Shown here: positions 12,098 to 23,398 of the stretch, in pieces | How positions within the stretch are numbered: position 1 is the stretch's first letter | Layout of the letters: each line of letters starts with the position of its first letter | The notes under the pieces: model-generated | Told to the model about the DNA's origin: nothing | Database searches by the model: none | What the model saw: the letters and a program-made list of their open reading frames with translations, nothing else | NCBI GenBank assembly: GCA_963665115.1 | Contig: OY762007.1 | Location: 1,216,001 to 1,280,000 of the forward strand | From: an uncultured Rivularia sp. | GTDB taxonomy: Bacteria > Cyanobacteriota > Cyanobacteriia > Cyanobacteriales > Nostocaceae | DNA: 64,000 nt | Direction: 5' to 3' | Translations under genes and position numbers: made by a program

Positions 12098-13627
12098 TTA
12101 AACTGTCTGCTTTTTACGAGTACTCATGTCGCCCACTTTCTGGAACACACCAAACTCAACTTGTTCCTCTATATCAGCGTCAATTCCAGCAAAGACATCT
12201 CGGTATAAGGTGCGTGAACCATGCCAGATATGTCCGAAGAACCACAGCAAGCCCCAAACAGTATGAGCAAAAGCAAACCATCCACGGGTACTTGTACGAA
12301 ATATCCCATCGGAATTGAGAGTTTCACTATCAAATTCAAAAATTTCACCCAGTTGAGCGCGACGAGCAAATGGTTTTACATCAATTGGATCTGTAAAAGT
12401 TTGACCGTTAAGTTCGCCACCGTAGAAGCTAACAGTTGTACCAGTCTGCTCAAAGCTGAATTTGGATTCTGCTCGTCGGAAAGGTATATCTGCACGTACA
12501 ACATCATCTTTATCAGTCAACACTACAGGAAAGGTTTCAAAGAAGTTAGGCATCCGTCGTACCGTCAATTCTCTACCTTCTCCGTCTTTAAATACTGGAT
12601 GACCGGACCAACCTTGAGCAATACCATCTCCATTGTTCATTGCTCCTACTCGGAATAAACCACCCTTAGCTGGACTATTACCAACATAGTCGTAAAAAGC
12701 TAACTTATCTGGAATAGTTGACCAAGCTTGTGAAAGTGTTTTACCACTAGCCAAACTGGTTTGCACTTGTCGATTAATCGCATTTTGGAAATAACCGTTG
12801 TCCCATTGGTAACGAGTCGGGCCAAACAGTTCAATCGGAGTTGTGGCGCTACCGTACCACATTGTCCCAGAAACAATAAAAGCTGCAAAAAAGAATGTTG
12901 CTAAAGCGCTGCCAAGAACAGTTTCGATATTACCCATTCTTAAAGCCCTGTAGAGTACCTCCGGAGGACGAAAAGCTATATGGAAAATACCGCCGATAAT
13001 ACCAACAATCCCCGCAGCAATGTGGTGAGCTACAACACCACCAGGATTAAACGGATTAAAACCTTCGGCTCCCCATACAGGAGCCACACCCTGGACATGA
13101 CCAGTTAATCCGTAGGGATCAGAAACCCACATCCCCGGACCAAATACACCTGTTAAATGGAAAGCACCAAAACCAAAACAAAGAAGACCTGCACAGAACA
13201 AATGAATCCCGAATATTCTTGGTAAATCGAGAACTGGTTGATTATTTTTGCTATCTTGAAATAAATCCAAATCCCAATAAACCCAGTGCCAACAAGCTGC
13301 TAAAAATAACAAACCTGACAAAATAATATGAGCAGCCGCGACACTTTCAAAAGTCCACAAGCTAAAATCTGTTACAGGTGCGCCCGTAATACTCCAACCA
13401 CGCCAAGATTCCGTAACACCCAATCGAGCCATGAAAGGCAATACATACATACCCTGTCGCCACATCGGGTCGAAAACTGGGTCGCTAGGGTCAAACTTAG
13501 CTAATTCGTATAAAACCATTGACCCAGCCCAGCCAGCGGTAAGCGCCGTATGCATCAGGTGGACAGCAATAAGCCTTCCTGGGTCATTCAAAACAACTGT
13601 GTGGACGCGATACCAAGGTAGTCCCAT
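12098..13627 (-). CDS. psbB2: Photosystem II CP47, far-red paralog
   Basis: [19 protein letters not shown], 509 aa; FaRLiP context. Confidence 0.95.
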   Translation of the reverse strand: MGLPWYRVHTVVLNDPGRLIAVHLMHTALTAGWAGSMVLYELAKFDPSDPVFDPMWRQGMYVLPFMARLGVTESWRGWSITGAPVTDFSLWTFESVAAAHIILSGLLFLAACWHWVYWDLDLFQDSKNNQPVLDLPRIFGIHLFCAGLLCFGFGAFHLTGVFGPGMWVSDPYGLTGHVQGVAPVWGAEGFNPFNPGGVVAHHIAAGIVGIIGGIFHIAFRPPEVLYRALRMGNIETVLGSALATFFFAAFIVSGTMWYGSATTPIELFGPTRYQWDNGYFQNAINRQVQTSLASGKTLSQAWSTIPDKLAFYDYVGNSPAKGGLFRVGAMNNGDGIAQGWSGHPVFKDGEGRELTVRRMPNFFETFPVVLTDKDDVVRADIPFRRAESKFSFEQTGTTVSFYGGELNGQTFTDPIDVKPFARRAQLGEIFEFDSETLNSDGIFRTSTRGWFAFAHTVWGLLWFFGHIWHGSRTLYRDVFAGIDADIEEQVEFGVFQKVGDMSTRKKQTV

Positions 13628-13721
13628 AAAATCATGTTCCTTATCAAAAAGTTATGAATTGTAGAGACGTAGCATTGCTACGTCTTTATGGCAGTTATGA
13701 ATTTTTGAGTTTCCTCAATTT

Positions 13722-13901
13722 TTAGAAAAAAAGTTGCAAATATGTGCCTGATATAGAATCAGGAAAAAATCTTTTTAAAAACATCACGGTGACAGAGAAA
13801 AAGGCGATCGCAATATAGCCAATTACAGGAGCAATGATGTGTTCGAGTAAAAAATCCTGAATTCGTACAACCTGAAAATTTTTACGAAACGTAAGAAGCA
13901 T
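13722..13901 (-). CDS. Small single-TM protein, divergent PsaJ-like (59 aa, not in ORF track)
   Basis: ATG with GAGGG 9 nt upstream. Translation MLLTFRKNFQVVRIQDFLLEHIIAPVIGYIAIAFFSVTVMFLKRFFPDSISGTYLQLFF. The APV...RFFPD...GT spacing matches PsaJ/PsaJ2. Confidence 0.65.
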   Translation of the reverse strand: MLLTFRKNFQVVRIQDFLLEHIIAPVIGYIAIAFFSVTVMFLKRFFPDSISGTYLQLFF

Positions 13902-13983
13902 AAACTAAAACCCTCGCAAAAGAGTAAGAATTTACCAGCTACCAGCAATGATTATTCACTGATAACTGATAATTGTTCACCGA

Positions 13984-15381
13984 TCAATCCAATGGTTTCA
14001 TCGATAACACTGGTTCATCTTCCCGTTCGATACCTCTTTCAAAACCCGCAGCAGCAGCTCTTGCGCGACCAGCGTGCCAAAGATGACCGACAAGAAACAG
14101 TAGTGAAAAAATAAAGTGAGCAGAAGCCAGCCAGGTACGAGGCCCAACAAAGTTGAAGGCATTAAGTTCAGTTGCTAGACCACCAACTGAATTTATAGAG
14201 CCGATGGGAGAATGAGTCATGTATTCGGCCGCCCGACGCTTTTGCCAAGGTTGAATATCATTCTTGAGCTTATCTATATCTAGTCCATTAGTTCCTCGTA
14301 ACGGTTCTAACCAAGGAGCTTTGACATCCCAAAAGCGCATTGTTTCAGCCCCAAAGATGATTTCTCCTGTTGGCGATCGCTGTAAATATTTACCTAAACC
14401 AGTCGGACCTTGGGATGTAGATATATTCGCTCCTAAAGCTTGGTCGCGCACTATAAAGTTGAATACTTGAGAATTGGCAGCCTCTGCAACTGTCGGGCCA
14501 TAAAACTCGCTCGGATAAGCAGTATTGTTAAACCAGATAAACATCGCAGCAATAAAAGCTTGTCCGGCTACATTACCCAAACTTTGAGAAAGATAGGCTT
14601 CACCAGACCAAATAAATACTCTATCGGTCCACTTAAAAGGTTTAGTGATAATGTGCCAAATACCACCAAGTATTAGTAAACCACCTACCCAAATATGACC
14701 GCCAACTAAATCCTCTAAGTTATCAACGCTAACAATATTACCAGCACCCCCCGTAAACGGACTAAATATGTAACCAAAAATTATTCTTGGGTCAAGAGTT
14801 GGGCTGGTAACAAGGCGCACATCACCGCCACCCGGTACCCAAGTATCATATAAACCACCCCAAAACATAGCTTTACCGACAAGTACGTAAGCCGCTAGAC
14901 CAAGGGCAATCAAATGATATCCCAGAATACTAGTAACTTTGTCCTTGTCGCTCCAATCAAAATTGAAGAAACCTGCTAGCTTTTCGGGACCTCTAATTGA
15001 GTGATAAATCCCACCAAAACCTAAAACAGCAGAGCCTATTAAATGCGTTACCGCAATAGCAAAAAATGGGAAAGTGTCTACAATTTCACCCCCATATCCT
15101 ACACCAATGCCGAGAGTGGCAATATGAGGCATTAAAATTAAGCCCTGCTCGTACATCGGCTTTTCTGGTATATAGTGAGCAACTTCAAACAACAGCATTG
15201 CTCCAGCCCAGAACGCAATTACTCCAGCATGAGCAACATGAGCGCCTAAAAAGCGACCGGATAAATTGATAAAACGGGCATTACCAGCCCACCATGCATA
15301 TCCAGTAGATGCCTCATCACGACCTTCTCTCTTTTCAGAGTTAACAGTCGTCGTGCTTGATTTTTCAAAAGGTGTTTCCAT
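13984..15381 (-). CDS. psbC2: Photosystem II CP43, far-red paralog
   Basis: [42 protein letters not shown]. Confidence 0.95.
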   Translation of the reverse strand: METPFEKSSTTTVNSEKREGRDEASTGYAWWAGNARFINLSGRFLGAHVAHAGVIAFWAGAMLLFEVAHYIPEKPMYEQGLILMPHIATLGIGVGYGGEIVDTFPFFAIAVTHLIGSAVLGFGGIYHSIRGPEKLAGFFNFDWSDKDKVTSILGYHLIALGLAAYVLVGKAMFWGGLYDTWVPGGGDVRLVTSPTLDPRIIFGYIFSPFTGGAGNIVSVDNLEDLVGGHIWVGGLLILGGIWHIITKPFKWTDRVFIWSGEAYLSQSLGNVAGQAFIAAMFIWFNNTAYPSEFYGPTVAEAANSQVFNFIVRDQALGANISTSQGPTGLGKYLQRSPTGEIIFGAETMRFWDVKAPWLEPLRGTNGLDIDKLKNDIQPWQKRRAAEYMTHSPIGSINSVGGLATELNAFNFVGPRTWLASAHFIFSLLFLVGHLWHAGRARAAAAGFERGIEREDEPVLSMKPLD

Positions 15382-15498
15382 TATTTATTAATTGTTTTGT
15401 ATTGTTTATTTTTGGGGATTGGGGATTGGGCATAGGGCATAGGGCATAGGTAATTTTTAACAACTAACAACCAACAACTAACCACTAACCACTAACCC

Positions 15499-16557
15499 TT
15501 AAAGAGCATTCCCACGAGGTAATACTTCTGGGGGAAATTGGAAGTGTTGATGCGGCTGATCTTCCTGTGCCATCCAAGCTCTAGCTCCTTCATTCAGGAG
15601 AATATTCTTGGTGTAAAAAGTTTCAAATTCGGGGTCTTCGGCTGCTCGTAATTCTTGAGAAACAAAATCATATGCTCGCAAGTTAAAGGCTAAACCCGCC
15701 ATTCCAATTGCACTCATCCACAAGCCAGTTACTGGTACAAACAACATGAAAAAGTGCAACCACCGTTTGTTAGAAAAGGCTACCCCGAAAATCTGCGACC
15801 AAAAGCGATTCGCTGTCACAAAGGAATAGGTTTCTTCTGCTTGAGTTGCGCTAAATGCTCCAAAAGTATTGAAATTCTTACCATCTTTGAACAGAGTATT
15901 TTCTACAGTTGCACCGTGAATAGCACACAGTAAAGCACCACCCAATACACCAGCGACTCCCATCATATGGAAAGGATTGAGCGTATAGTTGTGGAAAGCT
16001 TGGAAGAATAGTAGAAAACGGAAAATAGCAGCTACTCCAAAGCTAGCAGCAAAAAACCAGCTTGATTGACCTAAAGGATAAATCAAGAATACAGAAACAA
16101 AAACAGCAATAGGCGCAGAAAAAGCAATAGCATTATACGGACGAAGACCTACAAGTCGAGCAACTTCAAGTTGCCGGAGCATGAAGCCTATTAATCCGAA
16201 AACACCATGAAAAGCCACAAAATTCCATAAACCTCCAATCTGAAACCAACGGATAAAGTCTCCCTGTGCTTCAGGTCCCCATAATAATAGTAAAGAGTGA
16301 CCCATACTATTGGCGGGAGTGGAAACAGCCGCTGTCAGGAAGTTACAGCCTTCAATGTAAGAACTGACCACACCGTGGGTATACCAAGAAGTTACAAAAG
16401 TTGTCCCAGTAAACCAACCTCCAATAGCCATATAGGCACAGGGGAACAGTAAAAGACCAGACCAACCGATAAAAACAAAGCGATCGCGCTTCAACCAGTC
16501 ATCAAGAACCGTAAACCATTCCCAGCCTGTCCGGCTGCGTTTGATTGCTATAGTCAT
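15499..16557 (-). CDS. psbD3: Photosystem II D2, far-red paralog
   Basis: [17 protein letters not shown] ... EVLPRGNAL, 352 aa. Confidence 0.95.
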   Translation of the reverse strand: MTIAIKRSRTGWEWFTVLDDWLKRDRFVFIGWSGLLLFPCAYMAIGGWFTGTTFVTSWYTHGVVSSYIEGCNFLTAAVSTPANSMGHSLLLLWGPEAQGDFIRWFQIGGLWNFVAFHGVFGLIGFMLRQLEVARLVGLRPYNAIAFSAPIAVFVSVFLIYPLGQSSWFFAASFGVAAIFRFLLFFQAFHNYTLNPFHMMGVAGVLGGALLCAIHGATVENTLFKDGKNFNTFGAFSATQAEETYSFVTANRFWSQIFGVAFSNKRWLHFFMLFVPVTGLWMSAIGMAGLAFNLRAYDFVSQELRAAEDPEFETFYTKNILLNEGARAWMAQEDQPHQHFQFPPEVLPRGNAL

Positions 16558-16648
16558 AGTATTTTTCCTTTTTATTTGTTGGTAGTAAGGGCTTTAGCCC
16601 TCATAAGCAAGGACTAAAGTCCTTACTACGAACTTCAAGTAATAGATT

Positions 16649-17170
16649 TTACCAATCCGAATTCCCATCATTAATAAAGTAAGGAGTCCCCGGTAAAGCA
16701 AGAGCTTGAATGATTTGGTCAAAATAAGGAGTAACCAAAGCTGCATCCTGCGAGCCAAGAGTTACTTCAGCTTGTTCTTTGATGCAGTTTAATGCTTCTA
16801 CCCAATTTGCTAAGGGTATACCCAAAGATTGGTACATTTCTTTCATACCGACGATACCAATTTCTGTTAATGGCTGGTCGTTTCCTGCTAAAACACAGTA
16901 AGCAACTAACCGGATATACCAACCTTGGTCGCGCTGACATGAAGATGTCTTTCGCATATTCCCGCTATTGCTGGGGGTGTTAGGACACCGCTTCCAGAAT
17001 TTATCGCTGGAGATTTCGACTAACCGTCTTTCATTCTTCGCTAAAGTTGTAGCAACCCGAATCCGCTGCGTCCCCGTATGACAAAAGTTTTTAATCATCC
17101 GGATTTCTCCGGGGGTAGGATAACGCAGTTCTTCGTCGGCATTAAGAATCACTTGCTTGACTATACTCAT
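16649..17170 (-). CDS. apcD3: Far-red allophycocyanin alpha-type subunit
   Basis: MSIVKQVILNADEELRYP, CPNTPSNSG, CQRDQGWY, C-terminal extension; position after apcE2. Confidence 0.85.
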   Translation of the reverse strand: MSIVKQVILNADEELRYPTPGEIRMIKNFCHTGTQRIRVATTLAKNERRLVEISSDKFWKRCPNTPSNSGNMRKTSSCQRDQGWYIRLVAYCVLAGNDQPLTEIGIVGMKEMYQSLGIPLANWVEALNCIKEQAEVTLGSQDAALVTPYFDQIIQALALPGTPYFINDGNSDW

Positions 17171-19476
17171 AATTCTCCTCTGTTTGAGTTTCAGTCACTG
17201 GTTCTTGTAACTGCGTCACTGTTTCTACAATTGGCTCTGCTGAATTTGAGTTGTTCAATTCATCTTCAGAGTTTTGCTGTTGTGTATGAGCAAGTTCTGA
17301 CCAGAAAAGCTGTTTTTGCACGTTGCGCTGTTTGGGAATAAACGCATCCAGTTCGGATGGTGATGAAATTGAGGATTTAGCTCTTAAATTTACACCTTCT
17401 ACCGATGCAGAACGGCGCATGGCGAAACCTCTGGGTGTAATATAACGCTCATAAGGAACCGTATTTTCTCCGAAAGCTTCTATGTATTCGGAACTATCAA
17501 TTATTTCGTCAATCAGAGCGTAAAATCCCTTAGTGGCGGAAATATCGTAGTAGCGATTCATTTCTTCCCGTCCATAAGTCGGACGACCTAACAAACGCCG
17601 ATGAATGTATTCAATGGCTTTAGTAATGTAGAGTTTTTCCCAATACATCCTGCGAAACCAATTAGATTTCCCTAATTGACGGATAAACTCCCGCATCGTA
17701 ATTTCGCCACCTTTGAGTTTGATTTCTGGGGTTGTTAAACGTTGACCTTGTAAAAGCTCGCGTCCAAATACCTGTCGATAAGCTCCGTTAATAACTGCTT
17801 CGGGAGAGTGTTTCGCTAAACTTATACTAAGTTCTTGTTGCTTTTTCCCATTCTTCTTTCCATTTGTGCTTTGACCATTTTGCACAGATGTATCAAATTT
17901 CTCTACATGGTCTAGCTTGATGACACCAACCGCAGAACCGCGAACTTGATAATCGCTAGCTTCAGCATGAATCAAAATCCGGCGAGTATCTTTGTTGAAA
18001 AATGCAGGTTCGGGATGAGGATTGCGGGTGTCTTGAGGAAAAACTGCACCAAACTGAATTTCTAATGGGGTCGTTTCCGCAACCGTAAGGATGTTGATTG
18101 GGTAGAGGTTTTTCATATTTACCAAACAGGGTTACAAACTGAGGAACTTTGCGAACGGGAGCGCTATATTTGAATAAATCAATTTGCGGACCCCAGTTGC
18201 GACATTCCTGAGCTTCTTGACCCAAACCGCGCAAATACGGTACTGTTTCCTCACCAAAGTAATCGGAGTATTCCTGAGAATCCACTAAAGTATCTACTAA
18301 TTTAGGTAAACCACCTTTAGTAATAACCGCAAAATATTCTTGGAACTCCGATAAAGAACTCAAACCGCGACCTAGAAAGTGACGCATCGCCAATTCTATA
18401 ACGCGAGCGATTGAATAAGGCTCATAAAAAAGCGTCAGGTAGAGCCGAGATTTACCCAACCTGCGGACAAACTCCTTCATCGAGATTTGTCCACCCTTGA
18501 GCTTCGATTCTATTTCAGTACCGGGAAAAGCATATATTGCAGTAATATCGCGTTCAAAAACTTGACGATAAGCAGCTTTAATTGCGTCTCGCTTTTCTGT
18601 TTCCGATAGCACCGACTTCATCATGAATTTTGGTCGATTTTCGGCCGCGATCGCATAACTCTGAGGTAGCACCAAACCCTGTTGCTCGTTGGAAACCCCA
18701 ATTCTCAGTCTGTCTGAGGGCTTTTCTTCTAAATACTCAGAAATCAATATATCAAAATAATACTTGACAATATTGCTTGCTTCAGTATTATCTTGCAAAA
18801 AGCTCGCCGATTGTCTTCGCATTTCTTTGAGCGCAACAACGGTAGCTTCCGTGACATCTTCTGGAATAACTCCGCGCAATCCTCGGACGTTAACTGTGAG
18901 AATACTAGCATCACCAGCAACAACTGCATAAGTAATATAGCGCAAGAACCAGGATAAGTCCCGCATAGACCTTTTCATTCTTTTTGGTCCGTAGCGAGAG
19001 ATATTGATGAAACGAAAACCTCCCGGAAGTGGATCTCTATCGCTATAAAGGGTTCGGATTTGTTGCCACCAAGCTTTAAAAGGAGCAGAAATCTTAGGAG
19101 CTTGTATTGATTCGAGACGCTCCTTAACAGCAACAACGCGATTTCTTCTTGCCGCAGTCAGATAATCTTCACCAACAAAATATCCCGAACCCGGTAATCC
19201 TAGCAGTTCTTTGGGCTTTTCCAGATAATCCATTGGCGAACCACCAACGAAAATACGGTTTGCTCCAGCAGAGACAATTTCCGAGGCCTTATTAGTTAAA
19301 GTTATTGCAATTTCTAACCGCAACTCACCAGAACTAAAAAACGATCCTAGTTGTTGAAGTTCAGTGTTTCTCAAATAACGGTCTTGTTGTTCCGTCTGAG
19401 AAATAACTGAGGTAGGTAAACTTTGATATTGTTGTGGACGGATAACTGGACTACCACCACTTACTTTTACACTCAT
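17142..19476 (-). CDS. apcE2: Far-red core-membrane linker; apparent frameshift at ~18068
   Basis: Diagnostic VIPEDV motif, and KRSMRD in place of the chromophore-binding Cys; two linker repeats. Removing one base of the G4 run at 18067-18070 restores CGNDPLEIQFG. Confidence 0.92.
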
Positions 19477-19520
19477 ATATTTTATCCTTTGTTACTTATT
19501 CCTCAATGCCTAATGCCCAT

Positions 19521-20000
19521 TCAAGGCATTAATGATTGAATCAAATAATCAAAATAAGGTGCGACTTCAGTAGCATCTTTTGAGGAAAAAAGCTCTAAAG
19601 AAACTTCTTTGAGACAGCGAATAGCTTCCACTAAATTCGGTAGGGGAATTTCCAAAGATTCATACATCTCCTTCACCCCGACAGTGCCAATTTCTGCGAG
19701 AGGTTCTATATCTCCCACCACAAGGGAATAGGTAATTAGACGAACATACCAACCTTGGTCGCGCAAACATGAAGCCCGATAGGTTCTGTTACCACTATTA
19801 CTGGGTGTATCGGGACACCGTTCCCAAAACCTCAAACTAGCTTTTTGGACAATTTTTTGTTCGTTTTCCGCGAGAACTGTCGCCAGCGAGAGCCGAGAAA
19901 CTCCACCTTGATAAAAGTCCCCGATCGTAATTAATTCTCCCGCATTTAGATAACGGGCTTCTCTATCGGCTTGAGCAATTGTTTTTGTAATGATGCTCAT
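19521..20000 (-). CDS. apcD2: Far-red allophycocyanin alpha-type subunit
   Basis: MSIITKTIAQADREARYL, CLRDQGWY; lies between apcB2 and apcE2. Confidence 0.85.
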   Translation of the reverse strand: MSIITKTIAQADREARYLNAGELITIGDFYQGGVSRLSLATVLAENEQKIVQKASLRFWERCPDTPSNSGNRTYRASCLRDQGWYVRLITYSLVVGDIEPLAEIGTVGVKEMYESLEIPLPNLVEAIRCLKEVSLELFSSKDATEVAPYFDYLIQSLMP

Positions 20001-20172
20001 AAAGATCCTGTTTTTGATTGTTAATTAGAACCTCTCTCTTGCAAGGAGAGAGGCTGTTATCTTACTCCTCTTCCCGATGCTCGGAAGGGGCTAGGGGTTA
20101 GCTCTGTATTGGTATTAACCGTGAACTATTAACTGTTACAAACCAATATTTATCAATGAATTAAAACACCTT

Positions 20173-20658
20173 TCAACTTAAACCAGCAGCAATGTGATCA
20201 AAGTAAACACCCATTTCCCTACCTGATTCGTTACCGAGCATACTAGTAACAACTTCCTTCATGGCTTGTACTGCTCGGATAGTTCCACCAATGGGAACTC
20301 CCAATGAATTATAAGTTTCTCTTAAACCATTCAAAATACGCTCATCTAAAATTGAAGCGTCACCAGCTAACATCGCATAAGTTGCATAGCGGAGAAAATA
20401 ATCCAAGTCGCGCACGCAAGCGGCATAGCGACGACAAGTATACATATTGCCACCAGGAGCGGTAATATCTGTGTAAAGTAAAGACTTGGCAACAGTTTGA
20501 GTGACGATATTTTTGGCATTAGCACTTACAGCAGTAGCAGCTTTTGCTCGCATATCGCCGCTATGAAAGTAAGTTTCTAATCTGTCTAAGAAAGTATTAT
20601 CTAGATATTTGCCTTGAACATCAGAGGAATTAATCAAGGCAGTAATTACATCTTGCAT
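20173..20658 (-). CDS. apcB2: Far-red allophycocyanin beta subunit
   Basis: [37 protein letters not shown]. Confidence 0.92.
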   Translation of the reverse strand: MQDVITALINSSDVQGKYLDNTFLDRLETYFHSGDMRAKAATAVSANAKNIVTQTVAKSLLYTDITAPGGNMYTCRRYAACVRDLDYFLRYATYAMLAGDASILDERILNGLRETYNSLGVPIGGTIRAVQAMKEVVTSMLGNESGREMGVYFDHIAAGLS

Positions 20659-20866
20659 GATTCAAAGTTTCCTTAAGCTAAGTTTTTATTTTTTGAGTTA
20701 AAGATTAGAATTCATTCGATTTTGGATTTTGCGGAACATCCCCAAGCAGAGGAACTGGCGTTGGGGTGTAGATTCTCTTCCGCCAAAACTAAGCATCGAC
20801 AGATTTTAGATTTTGGATTGATATTGATGTATATTACAATCCTAAAAAACCTGAATCCCGCCATTG

Positions 20867-21343
20867 TTAAGAAAGTGCCTGAATGATGTAGTCGAAATAG
20901 GGCCCGACTTCAACTGCATCTTCTTCACTCATCATAGATACAGCTTCTTCTTTGACGCAGCGCATAGCTTCAACTAAGTTTCTCAATGGAATCTCTAAAT
21001 TGTTGTACATTTCTTTAATGCCAAGAGTGCCAATTTCTTCTAGAGGCTTTTCACTACCAGCCAAAATAGAATAAGCAATTAAGCGCACATACCAACCCTG
21101 ATCGCGTTGACAAGAAGCTGTCTTACGGTCAATACCGCTATTACTTGGGGTATTCGGACAGCGTTCCCAAAATCTCATGCTGCCATTTTGGACGATTTGT
21201 TGCTCATTTTCTGCCAATGTTTTGGCAATGCGAATTCTCTGATCTCCTGTTTTTAGAAAATCTTGAAATATTCTTAATTCTTTAGGAGCAGGATATCTAG
21301 CTTCACTATCAGCGCTAAGAATCAATTCTGTTACAACACTCAT
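20867..21343 (-). CDS. apcD5: Far-red allophycocyanin alpha subunit (ApcD5, also called ApcA2)
   Basis: MSVVTELILSADSEARYPAP, TASCQRDQGWY; first apc gene after psbA3. Confidence 0.85.
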   Translation of the reverse strand: MSVVTELILSADSEARYPAPKELRIFQDFLKTGDQRIRIAKTLAENEQQIVQNGSMRFWERCPNTPSNSGIDRKTASCQRDQGWYVRLIAYSILAGSEKPLEEIGTLGIKEMYNNLEIPLRNLVEAMRCVKEEAVSMMSEEDAVEVGPYFDYIIQALS

Positions 21344-21553
21344 TTATTTCTCCTAGTTATTTGTCATCAACGCTCCACGAGGGAAAGTAATAATTGAAAC
21401 CCTCGCTACAAATGGAATAAACAAATTTTTGTCTTCCCCATTCCCCATTCCCAATTCCCAATTCCCAATTCCCAATTCCCAATTCCCCGTCCCCAATATT
21501 TATTAGGAGTCATTAGTCAGTAACCTCCGACTAATGACTTTAGGTAATCATCC

Positions 21554-22639
21554 TCAAGCAGCTAATGCTGGAGCTTTCAGCGAAATTACCGGAACCGATT
21601 CACCAGATGCAAGATCCAATGGAAAATTGTGAGCATTCCGTTCGTGCATGACTTCAAAACCAAGATTGGCTCGATTTAATACATCTGCCCAGCTAGGAAG
21701 TACCCGACCTTGAGAATCAAGGATGGAATTATTAAAGTTGAATCCGTTGAGGTTAAATGCCATCGTACTAATACCTATGGCCGTACCCCAAATACAAATT
21801 ACAGGCCAAGCTGCAAGGAAGAAATGTAACGAGCGACTATTATTAAAGCTGGCATACTGGAATATTAACCGACCAAAATAACCGTGCGCTGCAACTATGT
21901 TGTATGTCTCTTGTTCTTGCCCAAATTTATAGCCGTAATTCTGAGATTCAGATTCAGTTGTTTCCCGTACAAGACTCGACGTTACTAAAGAACCGTGCAT
22001 GGCACAGAATAAAGAACCTCCAAGGACTCCAGCCACCCCTATCATATGAAAGGGATTCATTAGGATGTTATGTTCGGCTTGGAACACAAACATAAAATTA
22101 AAGGTGCCGCTGATACCCATTGGTAAACCGTCAGAGAAGCTACCTTGTCCGATGGGGTAAATCAAGAATACAGATGTTGTCGCAGCCAGAGGAGCGCTGT
22201 AAGCAACTGCAATCCAAGGACGCATACCCAAACGGTAAGAAAGTTCCCATTCACGTCCCATGTAGCAACAAAGGGCTGGGATGTAGTGGAACGCAATCAT
22301 CTGGTAAGGTCCACCGTTATACAGCCACTCATCTATAGAAGCTGCTTCCCAAATGGGATAGAAGTGCAGCCCAATAGCATTGGAACTGGGGACGACGGCA
22401 GCAGAAATGATATTGTTGCCATAAAGTAATGAACCTGCTATCGGTTCGCGGATGCCGTCAATATCTACGGGTGGAGCCGCGATAAAGGCAATTATAAAGA
22501 CGCAGGTGGAGACTCCTAATAAAGGAATCATTAGAAAACCAAACCAGCCGATATACAGACGGTTTTCGGTACTAGTAATCCAATCGCAGAACCTATCCCA
22601 TAAGGGAAAGCGGGTAGGTTGTTGTGAAACTATAGTCAT
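21554..22639 (-). CDS. psbA3: Photosystem II D1, far-red paralog
   Basis: D1 with intact Mn-cluster ligands ([24 protein letters not shown]) and divergent helices ([12 protein letters not shown]). Confidence 0.95.
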   Translation of the reverse strand: MTIVSQQPTRFPLWDRFCDWITSTENRLYIGWFGFLMIPLLGVSTCVFIIAFIAAPPVDIDGIREPIAGSLLYGNNIISAAVVPSSNAIGLHFYPIWEAASIDEWLYNGGPYQMIAFHYIPALCCYMGREWELSYRLGMRPWIAVAYSAPLAATTSVFLIYPIGQGSFSDGLPMGISGTFNFMFVFQAEHNILMNPFHMIGVAGVLGGSLFCAMHGSLVTSSLVRETTESESQNYGYKFGQEQETYNIVAAHGYFGRLIFQYASFNNSRSLHFFLAAWPVICIWGTAIGISTMAFNLNGFNFNNSILDSQGRVLPSWADVLNRANLGFEVMHERNAHNFPLDLASGESVPVISLKAPALAA

Positions 22640-23001
22640 AAGCTCGATAGTGCTATGAAGGTTAGTTACTAAAAGATGTGAAAAAAGTTAAATTGCCGTT
22701 TGCGGCTCTAGAATACCTGAAAACTGGCTTATTTCGCTCGACATTAACTGTTAGCTATGAGCTGCAACTACTAGTACCGCTGCGCGGAAGTAAAAAGTCA
22801 AAAGTAAGAAGTAAAAAGTATTATATGATAAGGCTTTCAAACTTTTTAAATGGGTGCTTTATTTACGCCGTACTGTACTAGGTAGGTTTTTTTGTTAAAG
22901 AACCCCCTCATCGCTATCGCTGCTGTAAAAGCATATGCGATGAGGTGGTAACGGCGAGCTAACAAAGATGCAGTTCTCAGAGCTCTTAAGTCGATAAAAG
23001 T

Positions 23002-23062
23002 ACAATAAAAAATAAAAATGAAGAACTAATGAAGTATCTTCTTATCTTTACAAAACTTAATA
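23002..23062 (-). promoter_or_regulatory. Putative far-red-inducible promoter of the psbA3 operon
   Basis: Minus strand: TTTTGTAAA-N12-CTTCA-TTAGTT-CTTCA-N11-TATTGT. Same spacing as upstream of chlF. Confidence 0.7.
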
Positions 23063-23398
23063 ACTGTCTGAAGCACAGATGCGAGAATTTATTTATATTG
23101 AATTTAGAATAAATACTTACTAAATATAAATAAAAGTAAAGAAAATTATTTTTTATTGAAGCTAAGTAACTTTTAGGTAAGAAACTCGTTAATAATTATG
23201 TTGAATAAAAGTGTTTTTGCGGATATTTTTATTTCTAATCTATATAAAGAAATTAGATTTAGATATGGATGTTCGTGCTTGTCAACTGTTAGCATTTATA
23301 TAGAGCAAAAATAATAATTTGTGTGAAAAAAATAGTTCAATTTTTTAGTTAATTAATGTGAAAAAAACTTAGTTTCCAAGTTTAAGAGGTGATTTTAA

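Noticed and set aside
11717..12318. Several overlapping ORFs between psaF2 and psbB2 as a possible psbH2
   Set aside because: They translate tandem and palindromic repeats and show no PsbH motif.
13722..13901. Small ORF as PsbF2 or PsbH2
   Set aside because: Only a lone His resembles PsbF. The APV/RFFPD/GT register fits PsaJ much better.
17962..18125. Programmed frameshifting or true pseudogenisation in apcE2, rfpA, rfpC and psaA2
   Set aside because: The same extra-base pattern occurs in unrelated genes and there are no slippery heptamers. Sequencing error is more parsimonious.
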